Below, piece by piece: positions 1 to 14,538 of a stretch of 64,000 nucleotides of DNA. Location: positions 73,718,001-73,782,000 of the forward strand of contig OZ260666.1 of NCBI GenBank assembly GCA_965285935.1, in the 5' to 3' direction. Below the pieces are notes generated by a model, which saw nothing but the letters and a program-made list of their open reading frames with translations, had not been told where the DNA came from and ran no database searches. The position numbers and the translations under genes are program-made. This DNA is from Ophelia neglecta (taxonomy: Eukaryota). Every line of letters starts with the position of its first letter. Within the stretch, counting starts at the first letter, position 1.

Positions 1-1922
1 ACTGCTGCGACTCCCCATAGTCATTAATGCGCAGTGCTAATCATTACTACCACTGCGTCAAGAGAGATCCTAACTAGTGCTGCTCAGGATTAATGTCAAG
101 ATATGTGCTCGTGGCTTGGATTTTGGACCCATAAAGCCCTAGTTTCTGATCCAACTTATCCAAGCTAGTTTCCAAGAAACCTTTTTCGAACTTTCAAACA
201 GTAATTTAACTGACGGTATACATAGGCATGAGCGTTTCATTAACAGTTGTTTAATTCATTGCTCTCACTTGTATTATAAATTGTTATTTGATATGAGGGA
301 CATCACATAGTGAAACCAATTAGGTCTGTTTTCATTATATTACATCTGTCTGAAACTGTATATTCGATGACTATTGCGTCACAATTGATGGTGCCTAATG
401 AGCGCAGACTGATTAATAACCGACTGACAATAGTCTGGTCTGGTACATAAGAGGGTTGACTGCCAAAGCGGGATATGATATAGACTATTAAACCATTGTG
501 GCAAGCATCAGTCACAGCGGATTGAGGCGTCTTGACTAGTGGCCATTAGTTCCAAAGCTTTGATAATCATGTCCTCCTTCGTCGAGCTTTCTACTCTATT
601 TTTTATTTCAGAATCCACAATCTCTGACGTCACATTATGTATAGTATAAAGGAACGCAGTTGTTCTATCATGTACCATACAGTTGCCAGTTCGAACTGGC
701 AATATCTGCGATATCCGCGTCTGTGTCATTGGCCCTATACCTGCATTGTCCTTGTTATCAAATCCCTGCAGCCGACCGTTTACGATTATCGATTGTTTAG
801 GACTACACAGACAATGAGTCTACAATGTTGTATAGCTAATAGGACATCAGCTGTTTGTTGTTAAAGGTAGAATAAATGGTTAATACGACAAAAGACAACG
901 ATAGCAATTTAAAGTCAATGCAAAACTCTTACTTAGTTTCTCTCAAACTAGTGGTGGCTTTATCAGACAAAATAAGGCGTTATATCATTTTATTGGACTG
1001 TCGATTTATTTTGTCCTTGTTAATTATTCATCAATACAGTAATCACTAGTTAATTACCAGACCGACACCCCGCTGTGAGGAACAAGCATTGATGCAGAGC
1101 ACTGACCCTTCCTCAAACGTTAATTTTGTTTGGTGTCTTTGCCAACACTCATCGACATCTCCTGATTGTCTAGCCACCACTCATGCTCCACAGTGCTCCC
1201 AGGAGAGCCCTCGAGCTGTACGAGACGATTGATCAGTTGTTTCCTGCTAATTAGCGCAGCTCCCATGGACTTCATTCGATGGCCACATTATGTTGACTTC
1301 CGACGAGTTCGAGTAACGAGACATAGTTTCTAGAACTACTTTCTAAATGCAATTAGGTTAGATAACGTATGAATATCGAGAGGGGTAGCTGAAATTAAGT
1401 GGAATTGTGTCTGTGTAGTACGGGGGGTAAAGGGGGGGGGGTGTCTGAATAGTACAGAGAGGTTAAAGCATCACATCGTCGCATCGCATCAAATGTTGCG
1501 TTATTGTTTCGTTTAATAGAGGGGAAAATCTGTATCATGTTTTTGAAAGTTATACGAGTATGCTCAAAATATGATCATTTTTCTCACGTTAGGCCTACTT
1601 TATTGAATTTTATTACAGGGAGCATCTCCTAGATGGCAAATTGATTAATATTGGAGCCTTGTTGCATGTGACCTGGAAATAAATTGCCATCATACACTGC
1701 AGAAGAAAACACTTCTTTCTTGGCCGTCTGTCTGGGGGCCATCGTAATTAGATTGCCACTGTCGGGTAGAGGTTGTCTTCAGAGTAGGTAAAATAGAAAG
1801 CTTTCATGCATTACAAAGTAAATACCATGTTATTGTGATGTTGCTATTCAAGTATAAGGATGGTTTGATACTGTCTGCTACCATTGTGAATCAGAAGACA
1901 GAGGCAGATGGCCCATGTCCTT

Positions 1923-2048
1923 GGCCCGGTTCCCGAAGGCGGTCTTAACTCATTGATTGGATTTACATCAGTATTAAAATGCATAATCTTAACTTGCTAA
2001 TCGGAGATTCAGAAAGATGGATTTGGCATTCAACTTAAAAACAGGTCA
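1923..2048 (-). mobile_element. MITE family A, partial copy abutting a family C repeat
   Basis: GGCCCGGTTCCCGAAGGCGGTCTTAA terminus and AATCTTAACTTGCTAATCGG internal motif. Confidence 0.65.
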
Positions 2049-2558
2049 ACATGTTTATTTACTGTTTGGGAGCCGCAGATTGTGTGTGGTGCTGTGGCTG
2101 ATGGCCCCTGGTGATTTTACCGATTAAATAGATTATTCTTGATCAACGATTAGACTTTGTCTGCGTGGTATCAACTCCTTCTTTACCATAGCAACTTTAA
2201 ACAATACGTTGCATTACTCAACGAAAAATATCATGTTGAAAGTATGTGGTGAAATAGGATTGGCGAAATGTGCTGGTTTCCAGTTAGCTACAGGATCTGA
2301 TAGTTGTTACTTGAAAGTCAGTCTGTACTGAAAACGGAACGTGTCGTGCAGATCTTTTGCTATGAACTACAGGGCCATTTCACTTATTCGCTTTGTTCCG
2401 CGATAGAAATGGTGACATTATCTCGCCGTATTTCATTCACCATCTGAACCTCTCCCAACTAGCTACAAAACATAATGACACTGTTCTGGCCTCTCCTGGC
2501 ATCATCAACTCTGGGACCAAATTGTCACGTTCTGATATAACCAGTTAATCAAATCCTG

Positions 2559-2715
2559 ATGGAATTGGATAACGAATGTGTTGACAGAAAGGCGAAGCGT
2601 GCTAGTGCTCGGCGTGGCTATTCTAACACGCCTATTTTGCACGGCGCGTTTATCACTATCATTATTCTGTGCTTTCCGTCTGACATCCCGGCTAAGTGCT
2701 TTTACAGGGCAGATT
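2559..2715 (+). CDS. Candidate first coding exon of an unidentified secreted or membrane protein gene
   Basis: ATG ORF with a basic N-region then hydrophobic ILHGAFITIIILCF, ending at a consensus donor T|GTGAGT (phase 1). No downstream exon identified. Confidence 0.3.
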
Positions 2716-5371
2716 GTGAGTGGATACCCAGCACACGAAGTAAAACCACGTAAAAGTGCATTACATTAATGCGCCAAAATGTTACCAGGAATTGTTGTTC
2801 GGTCGTCTTTCGGTGGGCGCCATTCATGCAGAAACCAAGGCAAAAACGGAACTCGATTTTTAAAGGGAACCCGGTGTTTTCATGTCGAACTTGATAAGGC
2901 TTTTTACTTTTTTGGTCGTGTTGCTTTTTCGTGTCTAGAGGCCAGTGGCGACCTCTACCTGATGAATGTCTGTGTAGTGGTGTCTTTTGGCTGGAGACGC
3001 ATGACAGAATGATGCCTTCGTATTAAATAACCATGTAAGATAATCATAGGTCATGACTATTAAATGGTATAAACTAGTTAATATTTGGTTCTTAACAGAT
3101 CAAAAGCGGATTTCCACATTCTAGCGCCTAATGCAGGCTTATTGCGGCCTCCCTGGCACTTTATTCACTAAATTTAATTCATGTCAAATGATATTATATT
3201 TGTAGTTTCCATGTATACTATCTTGTTAAATGGAATGTATAGGACCCCTATATGTTGTAAATAGGATGTCAAATTAACGTTCATATTTAGTCTTAATTCA
3301 TCAACAAATGGTTATTAACACGATTATATAGGGTAGCAATGATCGGTCATTGTGTTCCCCTCTGGGATACTTGGACGTGAATCAAATTCAATGTCATTAT
3401 TTGCAATAGTGAACCGAAGTTGTCTGCCGCAATTAGTAAACAGTTTAGACCAATTCAACAATGTCTTTTACAAATAGCCTACATTACCTGCGCTATCAAT
3501 AGTTATTTAGAAGAAAGGCAACACATAGAAAATAATAAAGATACCAAATACCTCGTGATAAAAGTAAAATTTTCTAACTAAGCGCGTTTAAATATAATAA
3601 GCGCCCAATGCGCGCTTTGCATTGCGCTGGAATAAAGTGAAAGTAGCTCCTTTCCTTCCTCCTGACCCTTGTGATGCTGTTGCTCTACCTTTTTGTCCGA
3701 TCACGTGGGTTTGGGTGGTTTATAATACAAAGCCGAAGACGGCCTTCCACCCGGTTTTGTATTGTTCACAATTTCTTCATGATATTGGGTGACAAGTTTA
3801 TATTATTTCATTTATATCTCATCTTATATTTCATATGTCGATGGCTACATGAAGTCCAAATTATTAACGTTTGTGTATTTACCGAGACAATCGACATTGG
3901 TCTTTAAGTGTAGATATCATGTGACCATGCCACCAGTCATTATTGCAGGCGGTGATAAATATCAGAAGTAAATGAAAATGGAAAGCAGTTGGTCCCCTTG
4001 TGTATAACCCATTGATCGTTGTGGTTCCTTTTCATTCGGCGTGTAGGTACTTGATAGCTAGCTATAATATGAATTGTAACAGCATAAACAGTCCTTCAAA
4101 CTGGACTTTTTATAGAATTATTAAGAAAGGGCGTAGCATTTTCTTGTTGTTTTGTCATTTCATTGGCCTACTATTGCCTAAAGCCTGACACGCCAACAGA
4201 AAGCGTGTGGCGGAGTCTCACACAGAACATTTCAACCTCTGTCTGGACGCTGGTTTAGCAAAGGCAAAGAACACTTTAATAATTAATGAACTTGCGACCT
4301 TGCACATCACGGAAGTTTGAATATCCCATAGGATGCAGCTAAATGGCTAAAAATCGCTGCTATTCATATTTGGACTTTTCGATGAATGTGAAGACGTCAA
4401 CAACTGATTCCTATGACTTTAGTTCCAGTTCAAAGTTTGTACGTTAAATGATGATTGGTAAGTTGCAGTGCACTGCAGGAATGACGGTCGACAGGTTGGG
4501 AATATACGTGTTATATAATGAGTTGTTTCTTATAAAGAAAATAAACACTGTTAAGGATATGTAGGTTTATTAGCCTTAATCACATATGGGTAATATACCT
4601 TACTTTCTAGGGACTGACATGTGGAAATGAGAGAAACTATTAGTACATGAAGTAAGCTGTTAAGATCAGTCTACTGATGATCTTATCTTAGATCGTGGTG
4701 TACATGTGAGAAGCATCATTGAACTTATCAGTTTCTCAGATACTAACTGGATTGGCTTAACCAGCTGAACGTGCATTCCGAATATGCACTGAGTCGCTTA
4801 CTGTAAGTCTTGCTAATTCTATCGCAAGTGACTGCTGCTTGGCGTCAGATCAATACAAGGTCCAGGCGTCCAAAGACAAGGGTATTTACTTTTATAATTA
4901 GCACGGCAGTTCCTATCAAAGGATAGTTTCTTTCTATTTGCCTGTTTATAATTGGATTTCCTGGTGTGAATAGCTTCACTCGACAAGGCATCGTCCCAAT
5001 TTTTTTAGATAAAAAGACAACGCCCGTTAATTGGCTTAAAAGAAGGCATGTGATTGTTTCCGTCTGCTTTGCCACCCAGTAAGGGACTTAGATGAAAAGT
5101 CAATCATATGTATGACACGCTGGCATCTGGTATTATGATTTGCTCAACTTGAATGTACTTAATGTCCACCTGTTTTGATTGTATATTTTGACATAAAACA
5201 TCGTACCAAATAACTACCGTGAATGAAAGCGATGATTTGGTCCTTTACATGTGAGGAAATCTTAGGGTACCCGAAATACACCAATGTCCAACAGAATTTC
5301 CCTTTTTTTTTGGGGGGGGGGGGGCGTTTGACGAAATTATGTTTCTCACTGGTTAATCTGTCACATTTTAC

Positions 5372-5815
5372 ATGGGTAGATTTCATCAACAAAATAAACT
5401 GCTGATTACTGGGTCTAATAATACAAAATCTGGGAATATACCTAGCCCTTAACTCATAGTATGAGCAACATTCAATCACAAAATGGTATTTATCCTCTAA
5501 ATAGTTACACTCCCTCAGAGTACTGAAGAGGCCGTCTACACCATGCACAATTCTCATTGAATAAGTTATGATTTCTCGTTCGGAATTTACTTATAATCAA
5601 AACATCATTAGGGTGAAACTTTTAAACATGAAAATGTATGTCAGCGACTCACTTGTCTATAACAATCAGATAATCTCTGTTTTAAAATAAACAAAAATAC
5701 ATTCAAGTACCCAACTCCCTGACTAAACCATACACCACCAAAAGCACATTCATACAACAGATTTCTCACCTTGGTAGCCCAGGGTACTTCTCTGGTCGAA
5801 TGCTTTACTGAATTA
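5372..5815 (-). mobile_element. Degenerate 3' ORF2 fragment of a second L2/CR1-group LINE family
   Basis: Minus-strand translation gives WATKVRNLLYECAFGGVWFSQGVGYLNVFLFILKQRLSDCYRQ (5781-5655) and CNYLEDKYHFVIECCSYYELRARYIP...RPSNQQFILLM (5510-5380). Both are typical C-terminal segments of invertebrate LINE ORF2, the second the zinc-knuckle EDExHF..EC motif. Confidence 0.8.
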
Positions 5816-8800
5816 TATAATTTGAATGCCGATTAATGCTGGTTTCGTTGTAATCTATCAATTAAAAAGGGCTTGCGATGAAGTTCTCCATATAAAAATT
5901 AATTTGAGAGCCTTAGTTTCAATACACGCTTACAAAATGATGAATATACAGGCTCCACGTCATCCGATGGTTGAAATCCTCAAACTTCAAAAAAACATAG
6001 CACCGCCCCAAGTCTTAATCAGCGTCGAAAGTGTCGTATCAAAAATTAACGGTGAAATATCATCACCACAGTTTCCTATTGAAAGCGAAGTAGACTGATT
6101 CCGATTTCGGAAAACGCAAAAGATAATTTCATTTGATATAATGAGGATGAGAGGTCGTAATGTCATAAGCGTATGGTCATTGTTAGAAAAGGATCAAGAG
6201 CCAATACTACTTTCTTAACGTTTATGGCTATTCCCCATCTCGTCGTTTGGAAAGATAATATATAGGGATATCCCAAATTACCGAAACGCTCCTCATCTCA
6301 ATGGTCTGTTTCACACGTTGTCAGCATTGGTCATAACACCTTTAGTATGTATTCACCGCACACTGCTATTATTGTAGTATATTACACGACTAAATCATCT
6401 TTATCGGTGTCCACATTTCCGGGATGGACGGTTTATTTGGTACTTTGATCTCTTATATCAAGACTCGGGTTTCTTCAGTGAATGGATTTGGCGCTTTTTG
6501 GTTAAGTTATAGTCAATGCCTGGCTTTTAGAGCACCAGGAACGAAAAAAGGGAAATGCCAGCGGAAGATATAATATTTCAACACTACTTTTCGGGCAAAG
6601 TGGACAGATATTGCACGTTTGAGAAACACCCAGTATGAAGACGTCATTATCATGCAAATTACGAATGAATTGTGGTGTTTAGATTTCATAGCAAATCCCG
6701 AACAAAAGTTTAATTACCTTAATTCGTATATATTTAAGTTAACAGAAACCTAGAGGTTAAAATGAGCCATGTTAACACCAACATGTAAAATATTACGCGT
6801 TTGAAAAATGAGATAATTGGATGAAGCAGAAACACACAAAACTATATGTTTGCTCTGTCCTGTGTGTCTGCAGTGAGTTCCTGTGGAATGCATCAATGCA
6901 TATTGTACCGTATAGGGTTATGGGTGTTTTCGCAATCTTAGCGATTTACTAGAAATTCGCGATAATTTCCAGTTTCCGTAAATTGCCTTATTTATACAGT
7001 TTGTTTTCTAAATTGCAAGTAATTTAACACTTTACAGCTATCAAACAAGAACAAATTTGAATTAAGTCAACGTGGTAATTTCTTTTCACAAGTTTATTTA
7101 GAAATATTGCTATCATATTGACGTGGTCTTCAAAAATACCTTCAGGATTGCAGAAATGATCAGGAAACTAATCATTGTTTAGCCCTTTCATTAAAACTTT
7201 AGATTAAAGTGCCTCTATCGATACAAAGTTCGGTAATTTTAGTAGTCGCCGTGAGACTTTCAAATTCCGCGAGCCACTTCAATGATAAATTGAGACATGT
7301 GACAAATTGCACCTCGCGCCGCAGCCCCAGCAAGCATCCTGCTGGGAGTTTTCTCATGTCTTTCTACGACAAATTTAACTATTCGCTGCATTGAATTCTT
7401 AAATACGGTAAGAGCTAAATGATGATACCTTTCTATGTCGATCGATATCTCTCACAAAATTGAGAGAGCCACACGAGCTTGCTCTCCAAATTTGCGTGGT
7501 TAAGCAAAGGATTTGCCAAGTACTGTAAATCTAATCCGTTTTTTGTATGTGCAAAGTTTGATATGATTATTTCATACAATCAATATCAGAGCTCTTGTTT
7601 CACGCTATAGTATAAACAAATTTAGTATTTTTTAAATGACATTACTATAAAAAGCTTTCAGGTAAGCACTCATTTTGTCTCATTATATATTTGCATGTCC
7701 TATGTTCCCCCAACTTTGGTAACGAGATCCTTTGCATTTGTAATATTCTTTTTCTTAATGTTTCTCGGAATTTCCTAAGCTTGAACCTGAATCGGTGACA
7801 ACATCATCGCGTTTTTGTACGAAAACCCGAAATTCATTTCCCGGGATAATCAAAGATTCCTTCGTGCCTCACGTGAGCTCTGTCCGACCATTGACTGCCT
7901 CTGGCAGATATAATGGAAAAGTAAAAACAACTCAATAGCAAAGTACTAATCACATCATCCGATGTGATGTAACACAATGACAGATGAGTCCTGGGGTTGT
8001 GTGTCAATCTATCATTGGGGGAACGGGGCAAAATGCGCTTTCTCCTAACAAACTCGCCCTTAACACTTAGCCTAGCTCTGATAAGACATTTGGTACAAAA
8101 TTAGATGTTCTATGAGAAATAGCTTTCGGGTTTTGAACCTTAAGAGAAACCCAGCTCTTTATCTTAGTTAATCAAGACAGACAAATGGGTAGCATCATAC
8201 TAACACAAATTAACAATTATACCATTGGTGTATAGCAGTGAACTAAGATAGAGCACGTTTTGTGATAACAATCCACAAAGGATTAAAATATTTAATCAAT
8301 ATCATTATTTAAGTGGCCTAACCATCCAGCGGGTAAATGGGGACGGGCTTCATTTCACTGATTCTCTCCATTTTTATTTGTGCAAATTCGACATGCGACA
8401 AACAGCAAAGAACGGACATTATTGTTTAAGTAGTGGTGATATTTGCATTTATTACGCTAGGAATCATTTATAGGTACATTTCGCAACGTTTATAAGACAA
8501 ACTGGTCGAAGAAGAGAATTCTGTCGTTACTTTTGTACGTATGCAGACTAGTCTGAGGATAGTGGTAACTGCTTAGGTATTTGAAATAGCAATCAAGAGC
8601 CCTCCCCCTATATTTTATCTTGAGGGTTGAGCGGGGGAAGCAAATGTTCTTCACCCCATGACCGTTAGTAGACCAAGCGTGCTCGGATAACATCCTCAGC
8701 CTTAAAGGATAGGTGTGAAATAATAGAAGAGAAAATGCTTTTGGTTTAAGACCAACATTAATCCACTTTGAGAGATAGCTATTTAGTATGTAAGACAAGC

Positions 8801-9835
8801 AGTAAGTTAATAATGCTAATACAAAGAAGAGACTATACCTGGCAGACTAAGAAAGATCATTATTAAAGAATCAATAGTTGTTTCAATCTCTTAAAAATCA
8901 TCATCAGCCAGTAGCCACAGACCAACATACACCAATCCAAACAGAAAACATATTTCTAAGCCAATAAAGAAATAAAAAAGCTAAAATTGGCATGACTTGC
9001 GATACGAATTAATTATCAGGTTCATATTAGTCAGCGATTAACGTAAGACAGAGGTGGAATTAGGATAAAAATTGCCCTTGGGGATTTTTAGAAATGCTGT
9101 TTCGCTTGACCAAGGACTTGCCTTAAACAGGTTGAGTTCGGACCAACCGCTAGTGATTAAATAAACATTGTTATTTGTACTTATTTAAAGATCCTGGCCA
9201 TTACCGTTATGGCATCTGTGCAATGTCTCGTTGATTTACGAAACGGCGAAGTCATAAAATCGTAGTTTTCTTTTATTGTCCCCGGCGTGAGGATCTATCG
9301 TCCACGGGATATTTGACTTCAAACTATCGTCCGTCTTGACTAATGACACATGACAACGGTTCTCTCATTAATTCGAGCTAACTGTCAGCTATTTTCATCA
9401 AATTCTCATATATCTTGACCACTGTTTCATTAATTCCTTGTTTTCCTCGATCCTGCTGTCAGCCAGACATTCTCACACTATGTGATGCTCCCATTGAAAG
9501 GGGACGGCTCAGGTCACGAGCGGACGGGATTTAGGTCAAATATGATAAAATGAAACGTCAATAGCTTCAAGCAGACGAGCACAGGGGAGGGAAGTCTAAT
9601 GCCATGGACATTTGCATGATCAATAGCGTCCAAGCATTTAAAAGAAAGTTTTAGTTTCAAATACGCCTACCTTACTCTTTATAGTGAGCATTATTCATAT
9701 TACCTTCTTTTAACCAACAACTTACATTAAGGAAAAATCAACTCCAGGTATGTTGGTAAATCTACCCAAAGTAATGATGCACTGTAACGGCAAACCAGCA
9801 AATGAAATAGTTAAAGTATATCAATATTTTGAGTA

Positions 9836-9989
9836 CCGTATTCTTTTTATTAAGCGCCCGTGCATAAATACACTCCCACCCTATTTTTTGTCAATATCTT
9901 ATAATTTTGACATTTTTCACTATGTTTTGGGGATTTTTAAGCGTAAAAATGGGGCAAAAATATCTAAGCGCCGATTATATAGAATATGG
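9836..9989. mobile_element. Degenerate pogo/Tigger-like MITE
   Basis: TA|CCGTATTCT...TAAGCGCC at the left end and GCGCCGATTATATAGAATATGG at the right form imperfect inverted termini. Confidence 0.5.
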
Positions 9990-12900
9990 TCAACGGTTAC
10001 CATTTGATAGGGTTTTCTTGTTCTTTTCTTCACTCCTTTTGGTTGACTTATTGAAAACCTGGCGACTGCCTCTTAATACCAGTCGTCTGATTCATTAAGT
10101 TGAAAAGATGATTATATCTAATATGGCTTCTAATAATGCTGCTGTGTACAAGTAAACAAACAGTTAAGAGATGGATGCAGCCATCTGAAATAGAGAAGGT
10201 TTGCTTGCTGCTCACCATAGCAACTATAGCTGTATATTTTGAATACCACTAGCATCATTGTTACTCGTGGCATGGACTACTCCTGTGCTGGAGATTGGTG
10301 TATTGATGTCTGCTGGTGTTTGGCTGCTTGTTACTGATGATTTCGGACCTGTTAATGGACAATTCTAGATTAAAGATTTGGCTTTATTCTGCCAGATGTC
10401 CACTCCAGCGCTTTTATGAAGTATTTGGTTAGTGTTTTATATGTTATTACTGGCAATCTTCTGGTTTAGACAGAGCCATATGTTAGTTTCACAATTCGTG
10501 TGAAGGCGACGGTACAGTGATTTTTATTCTGAATTAAAAAGAATACTTCTCTACTAACACATTTTCTTGTGACACAATAGAAATACAGCATAAGCGGCAA
10601 GAGTGCAAAATAAAATGGAACCACTTATACAATTTCACCATATCAATAATATCAGCGGATGAATGCACAATGTACGGACTGTGAAGTAAGAAGGACAACC
10701 CCGTTTAACGGAAGAAGCAGTCATGGTATTTGTTAATTTGCTAACTTACTATATCTGACTAGCCAGTTGGGTAGCTGGACATTCGAGGTTATCCAATGTT
10801 AGAAACCCACTGTCTTATGTCCTGCAGGTGGCACCAGGTGAATTGACACCTGTACACATATTACCCCAGACTGTGAATACTACAAAGAAACCTGAATTGT
10901 ACAGTCCCCATTGAACTGCCATCTGTAGTCCCACCTTGAAAGGCACCGAAACCCTGGATTTAATTGAGAAAAAAACGACTTCAGCACATTACTTCTCAGG
11001 ATATATTTTCCTAATATGTATGGTCAACGGGACTATATTACAAAATCGACTTTGATAAGGTGTCAATGAACTCATTTAAGGCGGACACTGTTTCCATGGA
11101 GTCATTCCATCCCTTAGGGATGGTTGTCCTACGGACATTTATTACCAGGATTGTTAGTCCTATAGTATTACTAGGCCCCATTGTCCGAGGGAGAATGCTT
11201 CCAGAAGCTAGTATTCCTTGAACACCGTCAAGCATCACAGAACGACCTTCCTCATTTTCGTTGCCCGTCAATGAGCTGAAGGTTATTGCCGCCCAAGGAG
11301 CTGTTCAAGGAGAAGGATTGTGCGAAGTCTGTATGGCTGAGATTAGTCCTGATTTCATCTCACGGATGCTTCCCGTGTCAATAGTCGGAGACAAAATTTT
11401 ACCTTATAAGTGCCGGACGCTTCATGTACAAGTAGCATGTAAATTGAAAAATAGTGCTCAAGAATATCCTCGTCATCCAGGCATTGTTTCGCGGTGCTGG
11501 AGAAAAAATCGCGAATTGAGACCTATGGTGGTAGAAACACTGGTTTATCCTGCAGACAACAACCTTTTTGTCGACAACAACCAGTCCTCATACACATCAT
11601 AAAAGCGCATGGATGTATGCTGTCATCGCTTTTAATGGCGTTTGCCGTGTTCCGATTTTTTTTTCTCGTATCAGGTTTCAAAGTATGCCGACATTTCTTG
11701 GAGTAAGCGTCCATTTTAAAAGTGTCCTTGGTATGACAGCTGATATAACAGATGAACCAACTGGATACGTATTTTGTTTAAAGCAGGACTTGAAATAAGG
11801 TGAAGTTTTATAAATTGGACATGTTTAAAGCCTCTGGAGTTTCAGAAGGAAATGGACTCTGGGGGAACAAGAGTTGCTGAACAACCCTGCAGGTCGACAT
11901 TGCAGAATTTGATATGTATGTCCTTTTTAGATGTTGCAAAATGGTCTGTGGTATACTGCAAGAATGATCAACTGTATACAATAAATCCACCGAGTTATTG
12001 AGAACCTCTAACGATAAGTCTGCCTTAACGATTCCTTTCAATAGTGGAATCAAAAAATATGTAAGAATAGAATTTGATATTAATAAAAAGATATATTTAT
12101 GTCGGTTTGGCCACCGTGCGCCTCACAGCGTGTTAATTAATTCAACCGTCCTAGGGACATGCTTCAAATAGGAAACCGGGTTACTGTATTAATTATTAAT
12201 GACTAGTTTGTGAATATTTCAAACACTTTAATGTCAAACAAACTACTGCGTTCTTTTTACGTATATTTTTGTGTATGTATGAACGAATTCAGGAATGTTT
12301 GTCAGTGTGATCGCTACCAGTGTATACTGTAGGAATACAAAACCATGAATATACATTGTATCATCAAGCCCGAATTATACAATTACACCATCGCATATAT
12401 CATGATAAATGCCATAAGAAGACGATATTTCGTTATGTGTCTTAGGTATTTGTCAAATAAGTGTCCCTATCAGTATATCACGACTACCAGTGGTGATATC
12501 AGAGATTTGGTCTTGGGTCACTCTCCTACCGCAGTGATTGGGACATGGCCCCAGTAGGCAGTAGGCGTGTACGTCGGCGAAAGTTAAAGGCGACAAATTA
12601 TCTATTTAGTGCCAAGAATCATGATTGGGTTTACAAATCGATATGGTTTCCAATCACTCAATCCCATTTAACATGACCGGAATTTAAACTCGCAAAGTCT
12701 TCTTGGTTTCAAGCCCAACAACTTTGAGTCATCTAACAGTCCCCCGTTCTTTAGAGTACCATCGTTTGAGATAAATCGCTTGCTTAGGTGTTCATGTATC
12801 TTGCGATTTTCTATTGCAGAAGTTGTTTGTATAACACGTGCTCTAGTGTAAGTAAGGGTTAACTGAAATAATTACAATGCATTGACGATCACCCGATAAT

Positions 12901-14538
12901 GTTTCATTTTTGTTTACATTGTAAGTTTACTACCCGTAGACTAATTGGCGACACCACTGATCACCTCTGTGGATGCCGGATTTGTGTAACATTCGATTCT
13001 ATTCTTCTAGGGATAGAATGCCTACAGCACGTGACATCTTTTGTCTTGAATGACTGACATGTATACGCTTCTGGCAACCAACATATATGTAGAGAATGTT
13101 ATGAATTCATGGACCTTGTTAAAGGGTTTCTCTTCTTTGGAAATTCAATACCACACATTTTACTGACTTCCATCATCGTCTTACTCGTACTTCTGAGCAT
13201 TTTCTTCAAGCTTTTCTGGGACGAATTCTTCGCGCCCTCATTTGAGATATCAATACCATTTATGGGTATTTGAGAAAGCAAAATGTTTTGAAAACAGCGA
13301 AACTTAATTCACAATTTGTGCTTTATTCATTTAAAGACAGTCTATAAGAGCTAGATCACCGCTAGTTCTAGTATAACGGCGCGTCTACAGGACAGGTGAA
13401 ATCCATATCCGCTGCCAGGACATAAAGTCATGTATTAAGTTCAGGCGGTTCATTGATTTAATAATATTAATTGCTAAATTGGCCAAGCTTAAAAGGTTGA
13501 GAAGAGATAAGCCTTAGTACTTCTCCTCTACTGCCTACGGATTTGCCGTAGCCTAATTTAGTATTTATATCAAAGAGGTTATACCAGGAAGTTGGTGGGT
13601 TTACCTTCTTCATTTACGCCCAGGTTTAGTAAGCAAACTGAGGATCTCAATAACCGATCAATGAACAATGGGAGTGGCAACCCGGCCGACAAAGCAAAAT
13701 GATACATTTAATAAGGTACAAATTCCCAAGCAATAGTCAGTTAGAACCCAAGGACCTAAAAAGGACGTTTACAAAACTAAAGACATCTGCTAGCAAGAAT
13801 CGATTACTAATGATTATTGATCACTGTCATTGTAGTGGATAATAAATAAACGCTTATACGTGTGTGTGATATGTGACGTAGGTCACATCACTCACCAAAT
13901 GTACCACGGACTGATTAATGCACGCTAGGGGAAAATGAGAATTTCTTTTGCTGAAATCTACTTTATCTTTTTTATTTGGCTTCAGGCTTACTGATAACAG
14001 ATTACTTCACGAGCGCTAATGAGGGATTTTTTGTATACGAAACCCTATAAGGCCTAGACGCAGCCGTCAACATTGCTTCAAGGATAGGTGCCATTTATCA
14101 TCAAAGGAAATAATAACTTTGAAGAAGAAGAAAATACGAATCCCACCCTATGACTTGATATTTCACTTTTCTTAGTTGTATGCGGCTCTGAAAGAGATTA
14201 ACACCTCACGATCCTAGTTGGTAACATATTTATTCATTTGATTTCTTTCACTAGCTAAAGACCAAACTGCGAAGGTCGTTTGACTATAAACTCAAGGTAC
14301 CATTATAAATACAAGTAGCAAGTAAAGTAACAAGAGAAAAAAAATATAATAAGACATTAGAACAATATATTCTTGAGTCTAGAACGCCCAGTTTTGTGCA
14401 GGAAAACGCATCTATTGCTTCCCAAGCCTTATCGAAAGCATTCGAAAAGGTTAGGATACTCCAATGACTTCATCAATATACATTTTATGATGATCGTCAA
14501 ATTCACGAAAATTTACCTTATTTCAGTACTTTGCTCTG

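Noticed and set aside
5770-5807. Apparent 38-nt minus-strand exon (CAG|...AAG|GTGAGA)
   Set aside because: The frame continues through the donor as LINE ORF2 sequence (WATKVRNLL), so it is part of the retrotransposon remnant.
7850-7915. tRNA/SINE-like A- and B-box resemblance on the minus strand
   Set aside because: The boxes are too degenerate and no cloverleaf forms; at most a decayed SINE head.
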